A DNA stretch of 64,000 nt from contig CAVUQH010000008.1 in the NCBI GenBank assembly GCA_963743525.1, positions 1-64,000 of the forward strand, given 5' to 3'. The DNA is from an uncultured delta proteobacterium. GTDB taxonomy: Bacteria > Myxococcota_A > Polyangia > Haliangiales > Haliangiaceae. The notes under the pieces are model-generated. The model made no database searches. It had not been told where the DNA came from and saw only the letters and a program-made list of their open reading frames with translations. How positions within the stretch are numbered: the stretch's first letter is position 1; the number at the start of each line of letters is the position of its first letter. Of the stretch, positions 43,001-52,334 are shown in pieces. The translations under genes and the position numbers were made by a program.

Positions 43001-43817
43001 TCCGCACCCTGGCGGCGTCGCGCGGCGAGGCCTGCGGCGGAAACGCGGGTGCGCCGGTCAGCGCCCAGTAGAGCATGAGGCCGACCGCGTACCAGTCGGC
43101 GGGCTCGCCGATCGCTGCGCCGGTGAGCTGTTCGGGAGCCATCCACATCGGCGTGCCGGCGATGTGGATCGTGTCCGGGTCGGCGGCGAGCTCGGGCGAC
43201 TCCTCGACCCGTCGGATCAAGCCGAAGTCGAGCACGAACAGCTGACCGGTCCGATCCACCAGCACGTTGCTCGGCTTGAGATCCAGATGCAGGTAGCCGG
43301 CCTCGTGCAGCGCGTGGACGCCCGCGACCAGCTGCGCCAGCGTCTGGCGTATCCGCGGGATCGATGCCGGCAACCCGGCGCGCAGCGGCACCGGGGCGGT
43401 CACCGACGTGCGCGAGTTGCGCGCGGCCAGCGGCGACGCGACCAGCGTGTTTTCACTGACCGACGGTGGTGAGGCGGGGGCGCCGCGCAGCCATTCGATG
43501 AGGTCGACGCCGTTGACGTGATCCATGGTGAAGAACCACAGGTCCTCGTAGACGCTGAGCTCGTAGAGCGACACCAGGTTGGGGTGCGACAACCCGGCCG
43601 CCGAGCGGAACTCGTTCTTGAACCGGAGCAAACCCTGCGGAGCCCAGCTGGTCAGGGTCTTGAGCGCAACCCGAGTTCCGTGCTCGAGGTCGATCGCGTC
43701 GTAGACCTCGCCCATGCCGCCCGCACCGATCAGTCCGGTCACGTCGTAGCGACCCAGGCGGACCGGCTTCTCCGGCGTCGAAACGGCAAGCTGCGAGATG
43801 AGCTGCGCTACGGCCAC
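40002..43817 (-). CDS. Ser/Thr kinase-AAA ATPase-helical repeat protein
   Basis: GAGGMG, HLDLKPSN, DFG, APE, GASGLGKS, IDDLQWAD, HDRMRE. Confidence 0.93.
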   Translation of the reverse strand: MAVAQLISQLAVSTPEKPVRLGRYDVTGLIGAGGMGEVYDAIDLEHGTRVALKTLTSWAPQGLLRFKNEFRSAAGLSHPNLVSLYELSVYEDLWFFTMDHVNGVDLIEWLRGAPASPPSVSENTLVASPLAARNSRTSVTAPVPLRAGLPASIPRIRQTLAQLVAGVHALHEAGYLHLDLKPSNVLVDRTGQLFVLDFGLIRRVEESPELAADPDTIHIAGTPMWMAPEQLTGAAIGEPADWYAVGLMLYWALTGAPAFPPQASPRDAARVRMSTEPLPARERVPGLPADLSELATALLQADPTQRPTGRTLLELTAGAETLATRQQAGFVGRRAELDQLREALVRVRKGDTRVVHVSGASGLGKSSLLRRFLHEVRSAGDFIALNSRCYERETVPYKAFDGLLDQLAALLGSGDLTPRLPARLTELVQVFPVFAGVPQIAAALEDARPPATIGVVERRRRAVEALCELFLNLAARRPMMLQIDDLQWADTDSIGLLVRLLAKARRTRIAVVLAFRDEEARNNPVIAPYFAVASALIDQQVTIDLQPLADDDARNLAGRQLAALGVDRVLAATIAQESGGTPFFIEELAHFVAQQRDGNGDSAVAAGVALDQVLAARVKSLPAHQRALVEVLSVANSPIPLHIAFEEAGLAGGALRSLWGLRGRHLIRTTGAGADDLVELHHDRMRESVLRYLSPERIASIHLGLARGFAEEGEASATEAWLFDCVRHYNSVHSLLADTERERVARLDLAAAHKARRAGAFPLAFDCFRAGAELLGDDGWDRDYDLTLALNSGAAETASFSAAWDQLDEYIDKVKSRGRSIFDQLVGWEVQVDASIARKEYANAIAVAIQALHLLDTDLPASPTQDQIGEAVQRAMNSLAAVGPEGLTQLADADDERIVASMRIMSLISSAAYFAAPPLLVVIACRLVVASVEHGLSTVTAYALSIYGIVLNTLGLHDQAHTWGQVALQLLERFDDPHVDARTRHVIHNLVCVWTVPLSTALPKLRHVVNQCRSVGDVEYAGYAAHGYIHNAIYAGKPLQPLHAEALELGDFMRAHQQVNALHVHEPFEQLLRCYLGLSDDPARLDGNGFSEQAALAAARAAGSSAGVAAITTVMGMVRYTFGAAVEAHRCFSAVRQMLDALPSIWHLPIIHQYAALAIYGLPETEREAHRADAEASIAALRHLAEYGPANFAHRVALVEAERARASGDLSAARSGFDRAISLAEAGGWVSDEALAHELAARCTDGEASSAHLAAARSAWGRWGAVAKISP

Positions 43818-43833
43818 GTGTTGGTCTTCTCCA

Positions 43834-46800
43834 TCAATGGGGCAGGGGGGCGAACAAGGCAACCAGTCGTTCCGGCGCCGCGATCCCTTGCTCCGCCATC
43901 CACGAGCGGGCTCGTTGGAGCTTACTGTCGTCCCCGCCCGATTGCATCTCGGCCTGTCGCCACTCGGCGATGCGTTGGAAGAGCAGCATGCCGTCACCGG
44001 CGAAGCGAGTGGCAGCGTCCCCGGCCAGGCGAGCCGCTGTTTCGCGATCGCCCTTTGCGCCCGCCAGCATTGCCTGCGTCAGCGTGGCGAGTGAATTTCC
44101 CCACTCGGCCCCTTCCCTCGACATGGCCTGGATCATCTTCGACACCACGGAGAACATCTCCTCACGACGGTCCCCCGTGGCACGAGCCAGGGCCACCCGG
44201 GCGCGCAGATTGGCGGCTTCGATGCGCGTGAACTGAATCCGTTTGATCAGCGAATGGTGCAGCGCGTGGTAGCCCGGCTCCAGCACCTGCCAGGCGGCCT
44301 CGTGGTCGCCGCGGTAGAGGGCGATCTGAGTCCGGCCGAGCAGTCGATAGTAGTGGGGCAGGTGGAAGTTGCGCGCCGACAGCGGCAGTGCTTCGGTCGC
44401 CAGCTCGAGCTGGTGCTCGGCCTCGTCCGGGTTGTCCACGGCCAGCCAGGCGATGTTGCTCCGCCACGAGCGCAGGCCGATCGCCAGGTACTGGTTGCCG
44501 CGGTCGGCGGCCTCGCGCAGGTAGGCGGGGACGCTGTGAATCAGCTCGCCGATCTCGCCCAGGGAGAACAACGCCGCCATGCGAAACAGCACCACGACGT
44601 CGCGCTCCCACGTCAATCCGGTGGACAGCTCGCTCATCATGGTCTCGGCGTCGCGCAAGCGCTCGTGGGCGACCTTCCACTGACCGGTCAGGTAGGCGGC
44701 CAGACCGCTGGTCAACCGCGTGGTCGCCAGCGCGTACGGGTGGTCGAGGTCGCGGGCCAGCTCGTGCACGCGATCCACCAACCTCTCGCACCGGTCGCGC
44801 ACGCGCACGCCGGCGACCGAGCGAAAGCCGATCTCGTAGGCCAGCGCCAGGGCGATGTTGGTGGCGTCGCCGCTGCGCAGGGCGATGCGCAGATGGCGCA
44901 TCTGGAACGCGGTGCCCAGGATCGGCTCGAACACGGCCAACCCACCCGACAGCGAGAAACAGACCTGCATCCGCCGCATGGCGAGCGGCGAGACCTGGGA
45001 CGCCGGCCGCTCGCGATAGCCCAGACCGCGCAGCTTGATCCAGGCGCGGGAGAAGGCGACCGACAGCACCGCGCGGCCGTTGGACTCGGGCATCGACAGG
45101 CCGACGTCGGCGAGCACGTCGCGCGCCAGCGCCATGCCGTCGTCGAACTGGCCGGCGCGGACGAACTGTTCGACCGCGCGGCGCTTCAAGTCGAGCGCCT
45201 CTTCCTCGTCAACCAGTCCGGCAGCTTCCTGGAACGCCTGCGCGGCTTCGACCAGCCGTCCCGCGTTGGCCAGCGCTTCGCCCATCCGACACAGCATTCC
45301 GCTGCGCTCGGCCGGGCCCGGCCTCTTCAGATCGAGCGCCAGACGGTAGTTCCGGGCCGCGCGGTCGAACGCGAGGGCGTCGTTGGCCATGGTCGCGGCC
45401 AGATGCGCGTAGTGGCCCGCGCGCTCCTGATCGCCGGCGCCCAACCACAGGTCGACCAGCTCCAGGGGATCGGTGTGAGACTGGGCCTCGAGCGCGAGCG
45501 CGATGCGGCGGTGCAGCTGCCGCGACTCTTCCGCGGGCAGGTCTCCGGTCACCGTCTCGCGAATGCGGTCGTGATACGACTCGACCCGCCGGCTGTCGCC
45601 GATCTGCCGCAGGCGCACCAGCCGGCCCGACAACAGCAGCTCCAGCGCGGTCGCGTGGTCCTTGATCGCGGCCGCGCGCATGGCGACGGCGACGGCGATC
45701 GGCTGTCCGGCCACGGCGACGGTGCGCATGAGCTGCTGCGCCTCGTCGGGCAAGCGCGCGAGCCGCTCGTGCAGGACCGTGTCCAGGCGCACCTCGGAGG
45801 TTTCGCCGTCGAGCGCGGCGAGGGTGAGCTCGCACAGGAACAGCGGGCTGCCGCCCGATTCGCGGACGATGGTGTCGACGGCATCGACCGGCAGCTGCCG
45901 GCCGGCGGTGAGCTCGCCGACCAGAGTGCGCGCCTGCTCGTCGGACAGGGCGTCGATGGCGATCTCGCGCTGGTTGCCGGTGTCGACGGTGCCCGGCGGC
46001 TCTCGCAGCGCCTGCACCAGCGCGCTCGACTGTGCCTCGTCGCGCCGATAGGTGGCGACGAACATCAGCGCCGGGGATTCGTGGCTGTAGATCAGCTCGC
46101 GGAAGAAACCGGCGCTGTCGAGGTCGCCCCACTGCAGGTCGTCGATGAACAGCACCACCGGGCGCTGCTCGCACAGACGGCCGAGCAGCGCCCGCAGCGC
46201 GGCGAATCCGCGGCGGCGAGACTCGTGTGGGTCGGCGATGCCGAGGCGAATCTCGGCGGCGTCGGCGACCGCGGGAACTCGATCGAGCACCGGGAACAGC
46301 CGGGCCAGCGTGGAGATCTCCGGTGGAATCAACGGCTCCACCTCGGCGTTCGGTTGCCGGGTGAGATAGTTGGACAACGCGTCAACCAGCGCGTCCAGCG
46401 CCTTGTACGGCACCGACTCGCGCTCGTAGCAGCGTCCCTGCAACACGATGGTCCGCTCGTCTGCGCGCAAGCGGTCGAGGAACTGCAGCACCACCGCCGA
46501 TTTGCCCACGCCCGAGGCGCCGTGGAGGAAGACCGAGATGGTGCGCTTTTGTTCGCGGCTGTCGGCGAGCGCCTGTTGCAGCTGGTGCAGGACGTCGTCT
46601 CGCCCGACCAGGTGGTCCTCGGTCGACGATCCGTCGCCTGCGTTCGCGCGAGCGGCGACGCCGGGTATCGGCCGCTTGCCCAGTACCCGCAGGATCTCCT
46701 CGCCATCGGGGCGGCGATCGGGGTCGCGCTCGAGCAGGTCGACGGCCAGCTGGTCCAGGTCGTCGGGGATCGAGGGGGCGAAATCGCTCGGTCGCGAGCT

Positions 46801-47664
46801 CAGCGGTTCCTGCTTCTGGTGCAAGACCGACTGCGTGGTGCCGGTGTGCGGAACCCGACCGCACAGCGCCTCGTACAGCATGACGCCTACCGCGTACCAG
46901 TCACTGGCCTCGCTGACGTTGCCGGCGACGGCCTGCTCGGGCGACATGTACTTCGGCGTGCCCAGCACGCGCCTGTTGACGGTGTGGTCGTCGTTCGGCC
47001 CGCCGGTGACGAGACCGAAGTCGCAGAGGACGACGCGGCCATGTCGTGTGACCAGCACGTTGGACGGCTTGATGTCGCGGTGCAGCTTGCCGGCGTCGTG
47101 CAGGAACTGAATACCGTCGACCAGCTGGCAGAAGCTCTCGCGCAGGCGATCGAGGTCCAGGGTGCCCTCGATGACGCGGCGGCGCCGGGCCGACAGCTGC
47201 ATCGCCGCCGGCGTGTTGGGAAAGACGTCGGCGTCACTGGAACCCATCGGTGTCGCGGTGCCGGCCGCCGTCGATTGCGTTCCCGAGGCATCGGCGTCGC
47301 CCTTCCCGTCGAGGCCATCGTCGTCGTCGGCGAGCCGCCGGACGTATTCGAGCAGCGAGCCGCCGTCGAGGAGCTCCATGGTGAAGAACCACTCGGCCCC
47401 GGTCGACGTCAGCTCGTACAGGGTTACCAGGTTCGGGTGGACCAGGTTGGCCAGCGATCGGAACTCGCGCTTGAAGCGGTAGAGCGCGGAGCCGTCGAAC
47501 CGGCGCAAGATCTTGAGGGCGACGTCGAAGTCCCGCTCGCGGTCGTACGCGCGGTAGACCACGCCCATGCCGCCGGTCCCGAGCTTGTTCTTGAGCTCGT
47601 AGCGATCCTCCCGTGCAGCCGAGGCGACGTGCACGCTTCCGTCCTTGTTATCAGGAGCCCCCAC
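43834..47664 (-). CDS. Ser/Thr kinase-AAA ATPase-TPR protein
   Basis: GTGGMG, HRDIKPSN, DFG, SPE, GASGVGKS, IDDLQWGD, HDRIRE; start may be GTG 47634. Confidence 0.94.
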   Translation of the reverse strand: MGAPDNKDGSVHVASAAREDRYELKNKLGTGGMGVVYRAYDRERDFDVALKILRRFDGSALYRFKREFRSLANLVHPNLVTLYELTSTGAEWFFTMELLDGGSLLEYVRRLADDDDGLDGKGDADASGTQSTAAGTATPMGSSDADVFPNTPAAMQLSARRRRVIEGTLDLDRLRESFCQLVDGIQFLHDAGKLHRDIKPSNVLVTRHGRVVLCDFGLVTGGPNDDHTVNRRVLGTPKYMSPEQAVAGNVSEASDWYAVGVMLYEALCGRVPHTGTTQSVLHQKQEPLSSRPSDFAPSIPDDLDQLAVDLLERDPDRRPDGEEILRVLGKRPIPGVAARANAGDGSSTEDHLVGRDDVLHQLQQALADSREQKRTISVFLHGASGVGKSAVVLQFLDRLRADERTIVLQGRCYERESVPYKALDALVDALSNYLTRQPNAEVEPLIPPEISTLARLFPVLDRVPAVADAAEIRLGIADPHESRRRGFAALRALLGRLCEQRPVVLFIDDLQWGDLDSAGFFRELIYSHESPALMFVATYRRDEAQSSALVQALREPPGTVDTGNQREIAIDALSDEQARTLVGELTAGRQLPVDAVDTIVRESGGSPLFLCELTLAALDGETSEVRLDTVLHERLARLPDEAQQLMRTVAVAGQPIAVAVAMRAAAIKDHATALELLLSGRLVRLRQIGDSRRVESYHDRIRETVTGDLPAEESRQLHRRIALALEAQSHTDPLELVDLWLGAGDQERAGHYAHLAATMANDALAFDRAARNYRLALDLKRPGPAERSGMLCRMGEALANAGRLVEAAQAFQEAAGLVDEEEALDLKRRAVEQFVRAGQFDDGMALARDVLADVGLSMPESNGRAVLSVAFSRAWIKLRGLGYRERPASQVSPLAMRRMQVCFSLSGGLAVFEPILGTAFQMRHLRIALRSGDATNIALALAYEIGFRSVAGVRVRDRCERLVDRVHELARDLDHPYALATTRLTSGLAAYLTGQWKVAHERLRDAETMMSELSTGLTWERDVVVLFRMAALFSLGEIGELIHSVPAYLREAADRGNQYLAIGLRSWRSNIAWLAVDNPDEAEHQLELATEALPLSARNFHLPHYYRLLGRTQIALYRGDHEAAWQVLEPGYHALHHSLIKRIQFTRIEAANLRARVALARATGDRREEMFSVVSKMIQAMSREGAEWGNSLATLTQAMLAGAKGDRETAARLAGDAATRFAGDGMLLFQRIAEWRQAEMQSGGDDSKLQRARSWMAEQGIAAPERLVALFAPLPH

Positions 47665-47812
47665 CCGATCCCGAAGCGGCGGGCCGCCGGACGATCCGAC
47701 TGGCGCGCACTGGTTTCAGGATACCCGCCTGGCGGCGCTCGGCGTAGGCCCTCCTTGGCTGGCGCGCGCAATGGTGCGCCCACATGTAAGCGTTTGGTGC
47801 GCGAGGTGGGAC

Positions 47813-49699
47813 TCACCGTGGACGGGAAATCCATCGCAAGACCTGATCGACGGCGGCCGGCGCGTCGGAGCGGCGCGCCTTCAACTGGGCGACCGCGGTG
47901 CGGTAATCGTCAGTATCGGCGCGACCGGTCTCGTAGAGGAACAGCACCACCATCACCGAGGTGCGCACGTCGTCGGGGGCTGCGGCCTGGACCCGGCGCA
48001 GCTCCCGTTCGATCACCGGCAGCAGCGCCGGATTGCGTTTGCTCGCCGCCAGTGCGGTCATCAGCGAGCTGTCGAAGTCGCGCGGGCGCAGGATGCGGAA
48101 CCCCAGTCGATCGGCAATGGATCGGTTGGGACCATCGCGGCGAACGTAGAGCCGGGACGCCGTGTCCCAGTAGATCAGCGCCCAGTGCGGGTCAACGTCG
48201 AGGAAGTCGAGGGCGTACGGCGCGTTGGGGCGACGCGAGGGGCCCGGGCGGTTGTGCTCCAGCACCCACTGCAGGTGGTAGCGCTCGGCGTAGCGGGCGA
48301 ACGCACTCGGATCGCGTTCGACGCCGACGCATTCTTCGACGACGCCCGGCGGATAGACGGTGTCGTAGCGGCCGTCGCACAAGACGTGCTTGTCGGGCCA
48401 CAGGTGATCGATGACGTAGCCGGCAAAGGTGTACGTGGTGTAGCCCTCGCCGGCGATCGGCAGGTCGCGGATCATCGACACTGCGACCTCGGGATAGTGG
48501 TGCTCGGCAAAGCCGGGAGAGTGGGGCTCGAACGACGGGTGGTTGGCGGCGCGCCAGGCGAGGGCGAGCGCGACCACCACGGTCAGGCCGCCGAGCAACC
48601 GGCCGGTACGCGGCTGTCGCCGGTGCGCGGCGGCGACGAGCCCGGCCAGGCCGGCGCCGACCGGCAAGAGCAGCGCCAGCGCCGACGGGGCCAGCAGACG
48701 AGCTGCGGACAGCCCGGACCAGACCAGGCCGCCGGCCAGCCCGACGTACAACAGGTGCCCGTGGCGTGGGCGTGCGGGCACCGCTCGCGGCAGCGCCACG
48801 CACAGGGTGATCGGCACCGCGAGTGCGAACACGATCGCCGCGACCGGAAAGGTTGACCACAGCGCGCCCGCGCCGAGACGTTCCCACTCGGAGCTGGCGG
48901 TCAGCGCCTGCGCGCCGCCGAAGGAGACGCGGATGGCGCCGACGACGCTGGCCGGACCGAACGGGTTGGCGCCCGCGGCCAGGGTCGCAGCGGCCGCGCC
49001 ACCCAACGCGAGCCCGACCCGGCGCGGGCTGGCGGGGTGGATCCAGCCGCCGTCGACGAGCCGGCGCAGGCGCATCAACACCCACTCGCCGGCCGTGTAC
49101 AGCGCGAAGCCCCACAGCAGCGCGACGCCGATCAGCACGCCGCGATGGAGGTTGGTCCACACCACTACGAGGCCCCAGATCGGCACCCACGCGCGGACGA
49201 AGCTCAGCGAGCGCCCGTCGTCCGGATCGGTGCGCCAGCGCGCCAGCCGCTCGATCAGCAACACCATCACGACGATGCCGATCAGGCTGAAGCTGCTCGG
49301 CCGGACGATGATGCGAAACGACGCGACCCAGAAGACGGTCGGCGCGAGCAGCCACCCGGCGATTCGGCCGAAGAGTCGCCGCGCGGCGATCGCCAGCAGG
49401 GCGGCGAGGCCGAGCGCGACGATCAGCTTGAAGGCGATCAGTCCGCCCTCGCCGAGATGCTGGTAGACGAGCGACAGCAGCACCTCGGCGCCGAGGTCCT
49501 TGTAGTGCCACGGCTGTCCGGCCGCGGTCAGGCTGAACTGGTCCACTGGCAGCGTCGACAGCCGCTCGAGCGCGAGCTGTCCGCTCTCGAGGTGCCACCA
49601 CAGGTCCCACGAGGCAATCGGCGCCAGTCCGACCACCAGCGCGATCACTGCCATCGCGGCGGCCGGGATCGCCTCCCATCGCGCGAACCGCTCAGTCAC
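47813..49699 (-). CDS. Multi-pass membrane protein (possible GT-C-like fold)
   Basis: DLWWHL.SG first-loop motif, RP, WTNLH.G, SSEW, DGRYD; about 11 TM segments plus a soluble tail. Confidence 0.75.
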   Translation of the reverse strand: MTERFARWEAIPAAAMAVIALVVGLAPIASWDLWWHLESGQLALERLSTLPVDQFSLTAAGQPWHYKDLGAEVLLSLVYQHLGEGGLIAFKLIVALGLAALLAIAARRLFGRIAGWLLAPTVFWVASFRIIVRPSSFSLIGIVVMVLLIERLARWRTDPDDGRSLSFVRAWVPIWGLVVVWTNLHRGVLIGVALLWGFALYTAGEWVLMRLRRLVDGGWIHPASPRRVGLALGGAAAATLAAGANPFGPASVVGAIRVSFGGAQALTASSEWERLGAGALWSTFPVAAIVFALAVPITLCVALPRAVPARPRHGHLLYVGLAGGLVWSGLSAARLLAPSALALLLPVGAGLAGLVAAAHRRQPRTGRLLGGLTVVVALALAWRAANHPSFEPHSPGFAEHHYPEVAVSMIRDLPIAGEGYTTYTFAGYVIDHLWPDKHVLCDGRYDTVYPPGVVEECVGVERDPSAFARYAERYHLQWVLEHNRPGPSRRPNAPYALDFLDVDPHWALIYWDTASRLYVRRDGPNRSIADRLGFRILRPRDFDSSLMTALAASKRNPALLPVIERELRRVQAAAPDDVRTSVMVVLFLYETGRADTDDYRTAVAQLKARRSDAPAAVDQVLRWISRPR

Positions 49700-49739
49700 G
49701 GCTTCATTCTACCCGCGTTGGGTTGTATGGTTCTCGGCG

Positions 49740-50321
49740 GTGACACCCGACGACGTGCTGGCGTTCTGGTTCGGGCCCAACGGCCCGGAAGGCCCGATTC
49801 CCGACCAGATTCGGTCGCGCTGGTGGAAGAAGGACGCCGCCTTCGACGACGAGATCCGCCGTCGTTTCGCCGACACGTATGCTCAGGCGTGCGCCGGCGA
49901 GCTCGACGGCTGGTGCGACACGGCGCGCGGGCAATTGGCGCTGATCATCGTGCTCGATCAATTCTCGCGCAATCTCTACCGCAACGATCCGCGCGCGTGG
50001 GCGCAGGACGGCACCGCGCAGAAGCACTGCCTGGCGCTGCTCGACGCCGGCGACGATCGACGGCTTCCGCCCGAGGGGCGAGCGTTCGCGTACATGCCGC
50101 TGATGCACTCCGAGGATCGCGAGCTGCAAGCCCGGTCGGTGGCGGTGTTCGAGTCGCTGGGCAGCGAGCACCCCGACCTTGCCGGGTTGCAGCGCTACGC
50201 GGTTCAGCACGCCGCCATCGTCGATCGCTTCGGCCGCTTTCCCCACCGCAACGAGGTTCTCCAGCGCGACAGCACCGACGAGGAGAAGGCGTTCCTCCAG
50301 CAGCCGGGGTCATCCTTCTAG
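49740..50321 (+). CDS. DUF924 family protein
   Basis: VLAFWF, LDQFSRNLYR, YMPLMHSE, RFGRFPHRN. Confidence 0.95.
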   Translation: MTPDDVLAFWFGPNGPEGPIPDQIRSRWWKKDAAFDDEIRRRFADTYAQACAGELDGWCDTARGQLALIIVLDQFSRNLYRNDPRAWAQDGTAQKHCLALLDAGDDRRLPPEGRAFAYMPLMHSEDRELQARSVAVFESLGSEHPDLAGLQRYAVQHAAIVDRFGRFPHRNEVLQRDSTDEEKAFLQQPGSSF

Positions 50322-50323
50322 CG

Positions 50324-50854
50324 ATGGCAGGGTCGTCATCGGGGCCTCCGTGGTGGCTGTACGCTGTGCTCGCCGGGGTCCTGCTCGCTGCGGTCGCCAT
50401 TTTCGTGTGGGCGTTCCGCGGCGTCGTCGGCGGTAGTCACGCGTTCGAGAACACCCTGCTCGAAGGCGAGCTCGACTCGACCAACGCCACGCTGGGATCG
50501 TGGCAGGTCAGTCCCAGTCGTTGCGTCGATGGCCGCGAGCTGGGGTTCCACGGCATCGCCTTCTTCTTCCCCGCCGGCTCCCCGGTGGACAGCCTCCGCA
50601 TCGACACCGAGCGTGACGGCGACAACGTCGTCGAGGTCCGTCTCGACGATCGAGCCGGTACGACCTATCGCGTGCACGAGGCCGAGTGCGAGACCATCGA
50701 CGGCACGACGACGGCGACCCACGTCGAAATCAACCACCGGCGAATGTACCGGCTGAAGGGCAAGATCCACTTCTCCTGTCCCAAGCACCAGCTCGACGGC
50801 TGGGCGCGCTTCTCCGGCTGCCTGCCGGAGTCGCTCGGAACCGAGAAGCGCTAA
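50324..50854 (+). CDS. Hypothetical membrane-anchored protein
   Basis: N-terminal TM segment, four Cys, gene-like codon usage. Confidence 0.75.
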   Translation: MAGSSSGPPWWLYAVLAGVLLAAVAIFVWAFRGVVGGSHAFENTLLEGELDSTNATLGSWQVSPSRCVDGRELGFHGIAFFFPAGSPVDSLRIDTERDGDNVVEVRLDDRAGTTYRVHEAECETIDGTTTATHVEINHRRMYRLKGKIHFSCPKHQLDGWARFSGCLPESLGTEKR

Positions 50855-52113
50855 CCGTCCGCTACGGGATGGCCAGACGGCCCCAGCGGGTGCAGCACCA
50901 ACAGACAGGGACCGCAGCGTCCTGTGGCCGGCGTCACCGATACCCGCATCAGCTGGTCGTCGCCGTCGCCCGACACCAGCAGGCGACCGCGCACGGCCTC
51001 GCCGTGCATCGCGGCCAGCCGAACGTCGTCGCGGATACCCGGGTGCAGCATGCCCAGTCTCGTGGCGCAGATGTTGGCGCCGACCACCGACTCGGTCTGG
51101 CCGAGAAAGTGGTGGAACGCGTGGTTTGCGATTCGCACCGTGCCGTCCACGTCCAGGCCCGCGCACGGCAGATCGATCTGCTCGAAGGCATCGGCGGCCG
51201 CCTCTTCCGGCGTCGACGTCGTCATCCCGGTTCGCTGGGCCAGCGCGTGCTCGCGGATGCCGAGCGCGTGCATGTATTCGCCCAGCTCGTTCGCCAGCTC
51301 GTTCGCGCTGGCCGGCCGGTCCGCCGGATCCTTGGCCAGGCAGCGGTCGACGATCGCGATCAGCGCGTCGTCGAGCACCTCGCCGCGGCGCGCGCCGACC
51401 GGCTCCGGCACCTCGTGCAGGTGGGCCTCGAGGATGGCGGGCACCGGCCGACCGCAGAACGGCGTGGAGCCGGTCAGCATCTCGTACATCAGGATGCCGA
51501 GGCTGTAGATGTCGTTGGCCGCTCGCGGCGGCTCGCCGCTGGCCCGTTCGGGCGCGACATATGCCGGTGTTGCATTGATCTCGCGCTCGGCGCCGCCCCA
51601 GTCCGAGGTTGCGCGCGCGGTGCCGAAGTCGAGCAGCACCACGTGCCAGTCGTCGTCGTCGTCGCTGGCACAGAGCACGTTGTCGGCCTTGAGGTCACTG
51701 TGGACCACGCCGTGCGAGTGGCTGTGGTCGAGCGCCTGGGCGAGTTGGTGGGCGACGTGGCAGACCACCTCGACCGGCAAGCGCTCGCTGTCGGCGATGC
51801 GCTGCGCCAGCGACTGGCCGACCAACAGCTCCATGGCGATGAACAGACCCCAGTCCGGGTCGTCGCCGAAGTCGACGATCGACACGATGTTCGGGTGCGA
51901 CAGCTTGCTGGCGAGTCGCGCCTCGGACACGAACAGCTCGTGGGCGCGCGGATCGGAGACGTGCTCAGGCTGCATCAGCTTGAGCGCGAACTCCTTGCCC
52001 AGGCGCAGGTGGCGCACGTGCAACACCTGGCCCATGGCGCCCGCGCCCACGCGCTCGAGGATCTCGTAGCGCCCCGCGACCACGCGCGAGGGATCGAGGG
52101 TGACTCCAGTCAT
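50851..52113 (-). CDS. Ser/Thr protein kinase with C-terminal PAS-like segment
   Basis: GAGAMG, ALK, HSDLKADN, DFG, YVAPE; tail LDVDGTVRIANHAF..LG. Confidence 0.9.
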   Translation of the reverse strand: MTGVTLDPSRVVAGRYEILERVGAGAMGQVLHVRHLRLGKEFALKLMQPEHVSDPRAHELFVSEARLASKLSHPNIVSIVDFGDDPDWGLFIAMELLVGQSLAQRIADSERLPVEVVCHVAHQLAQALDHSHSHGVVHSDLKADNVLCASDDDDDWHVVLLDFGTARATSDWGGAEREINATPAYVAPERASGEPPRAANDIYSLGILMYEMLTGSTPFCGRPVPAILEAHLHEVPEPVGARRGEVLDDALIAIVDRCLAKDPADRPASANELANELGEYMHALGIREHALAQRTGMTTSTPEEAAADAFEQIDLPCAGLDVDGTVRIANHAFHHFLGQTESVVGANICATRLGMLHPGIRDDVRLAAMHGEAVRGRLLVSGDGDDQLMRVSVTPATGRCGPCLLVLHPLGPSGHPVADG

Positions 52114-52125
52114 GCCCCCCGAGCA

Positions 52126-52141
52126 GGCCAGAACCGTGCCA
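52126..52141 (-). promoter_or_regulatory. sigma54 promoter candidate
   Basis: Minus strand TGGCACGGTTCTGGCC, 12 nt before ATG 52113. Confidence 0.45.
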
Positions 52142-52334
52142 CGAACGTGTCGGCATTGGTGCGAGCCGCGGCACCCGGGAATACGCCGGTGGTTTTTCGC
52201 GCCGGCACGAGCTGGCAAGCGGCTCGCATGGCCCGGGGAATGTGACGCCTACACGAGAAACCGCGGTGGCGGGTGCGTTGGTCTCGACGCGCCCGACAGG
52301 TGTTCTCATGTCAGGCGCGGTAGGATGCGGACCG

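Noticed and set aside
44254..48414. 1386-aa plus-strand ORF and similar long shadow ORFs (4383-7310, 20470-22782, 18331-20415)
   Set aside because: They are antisense to well-supported genes, lack motifs and are expected in high-GC DNA.
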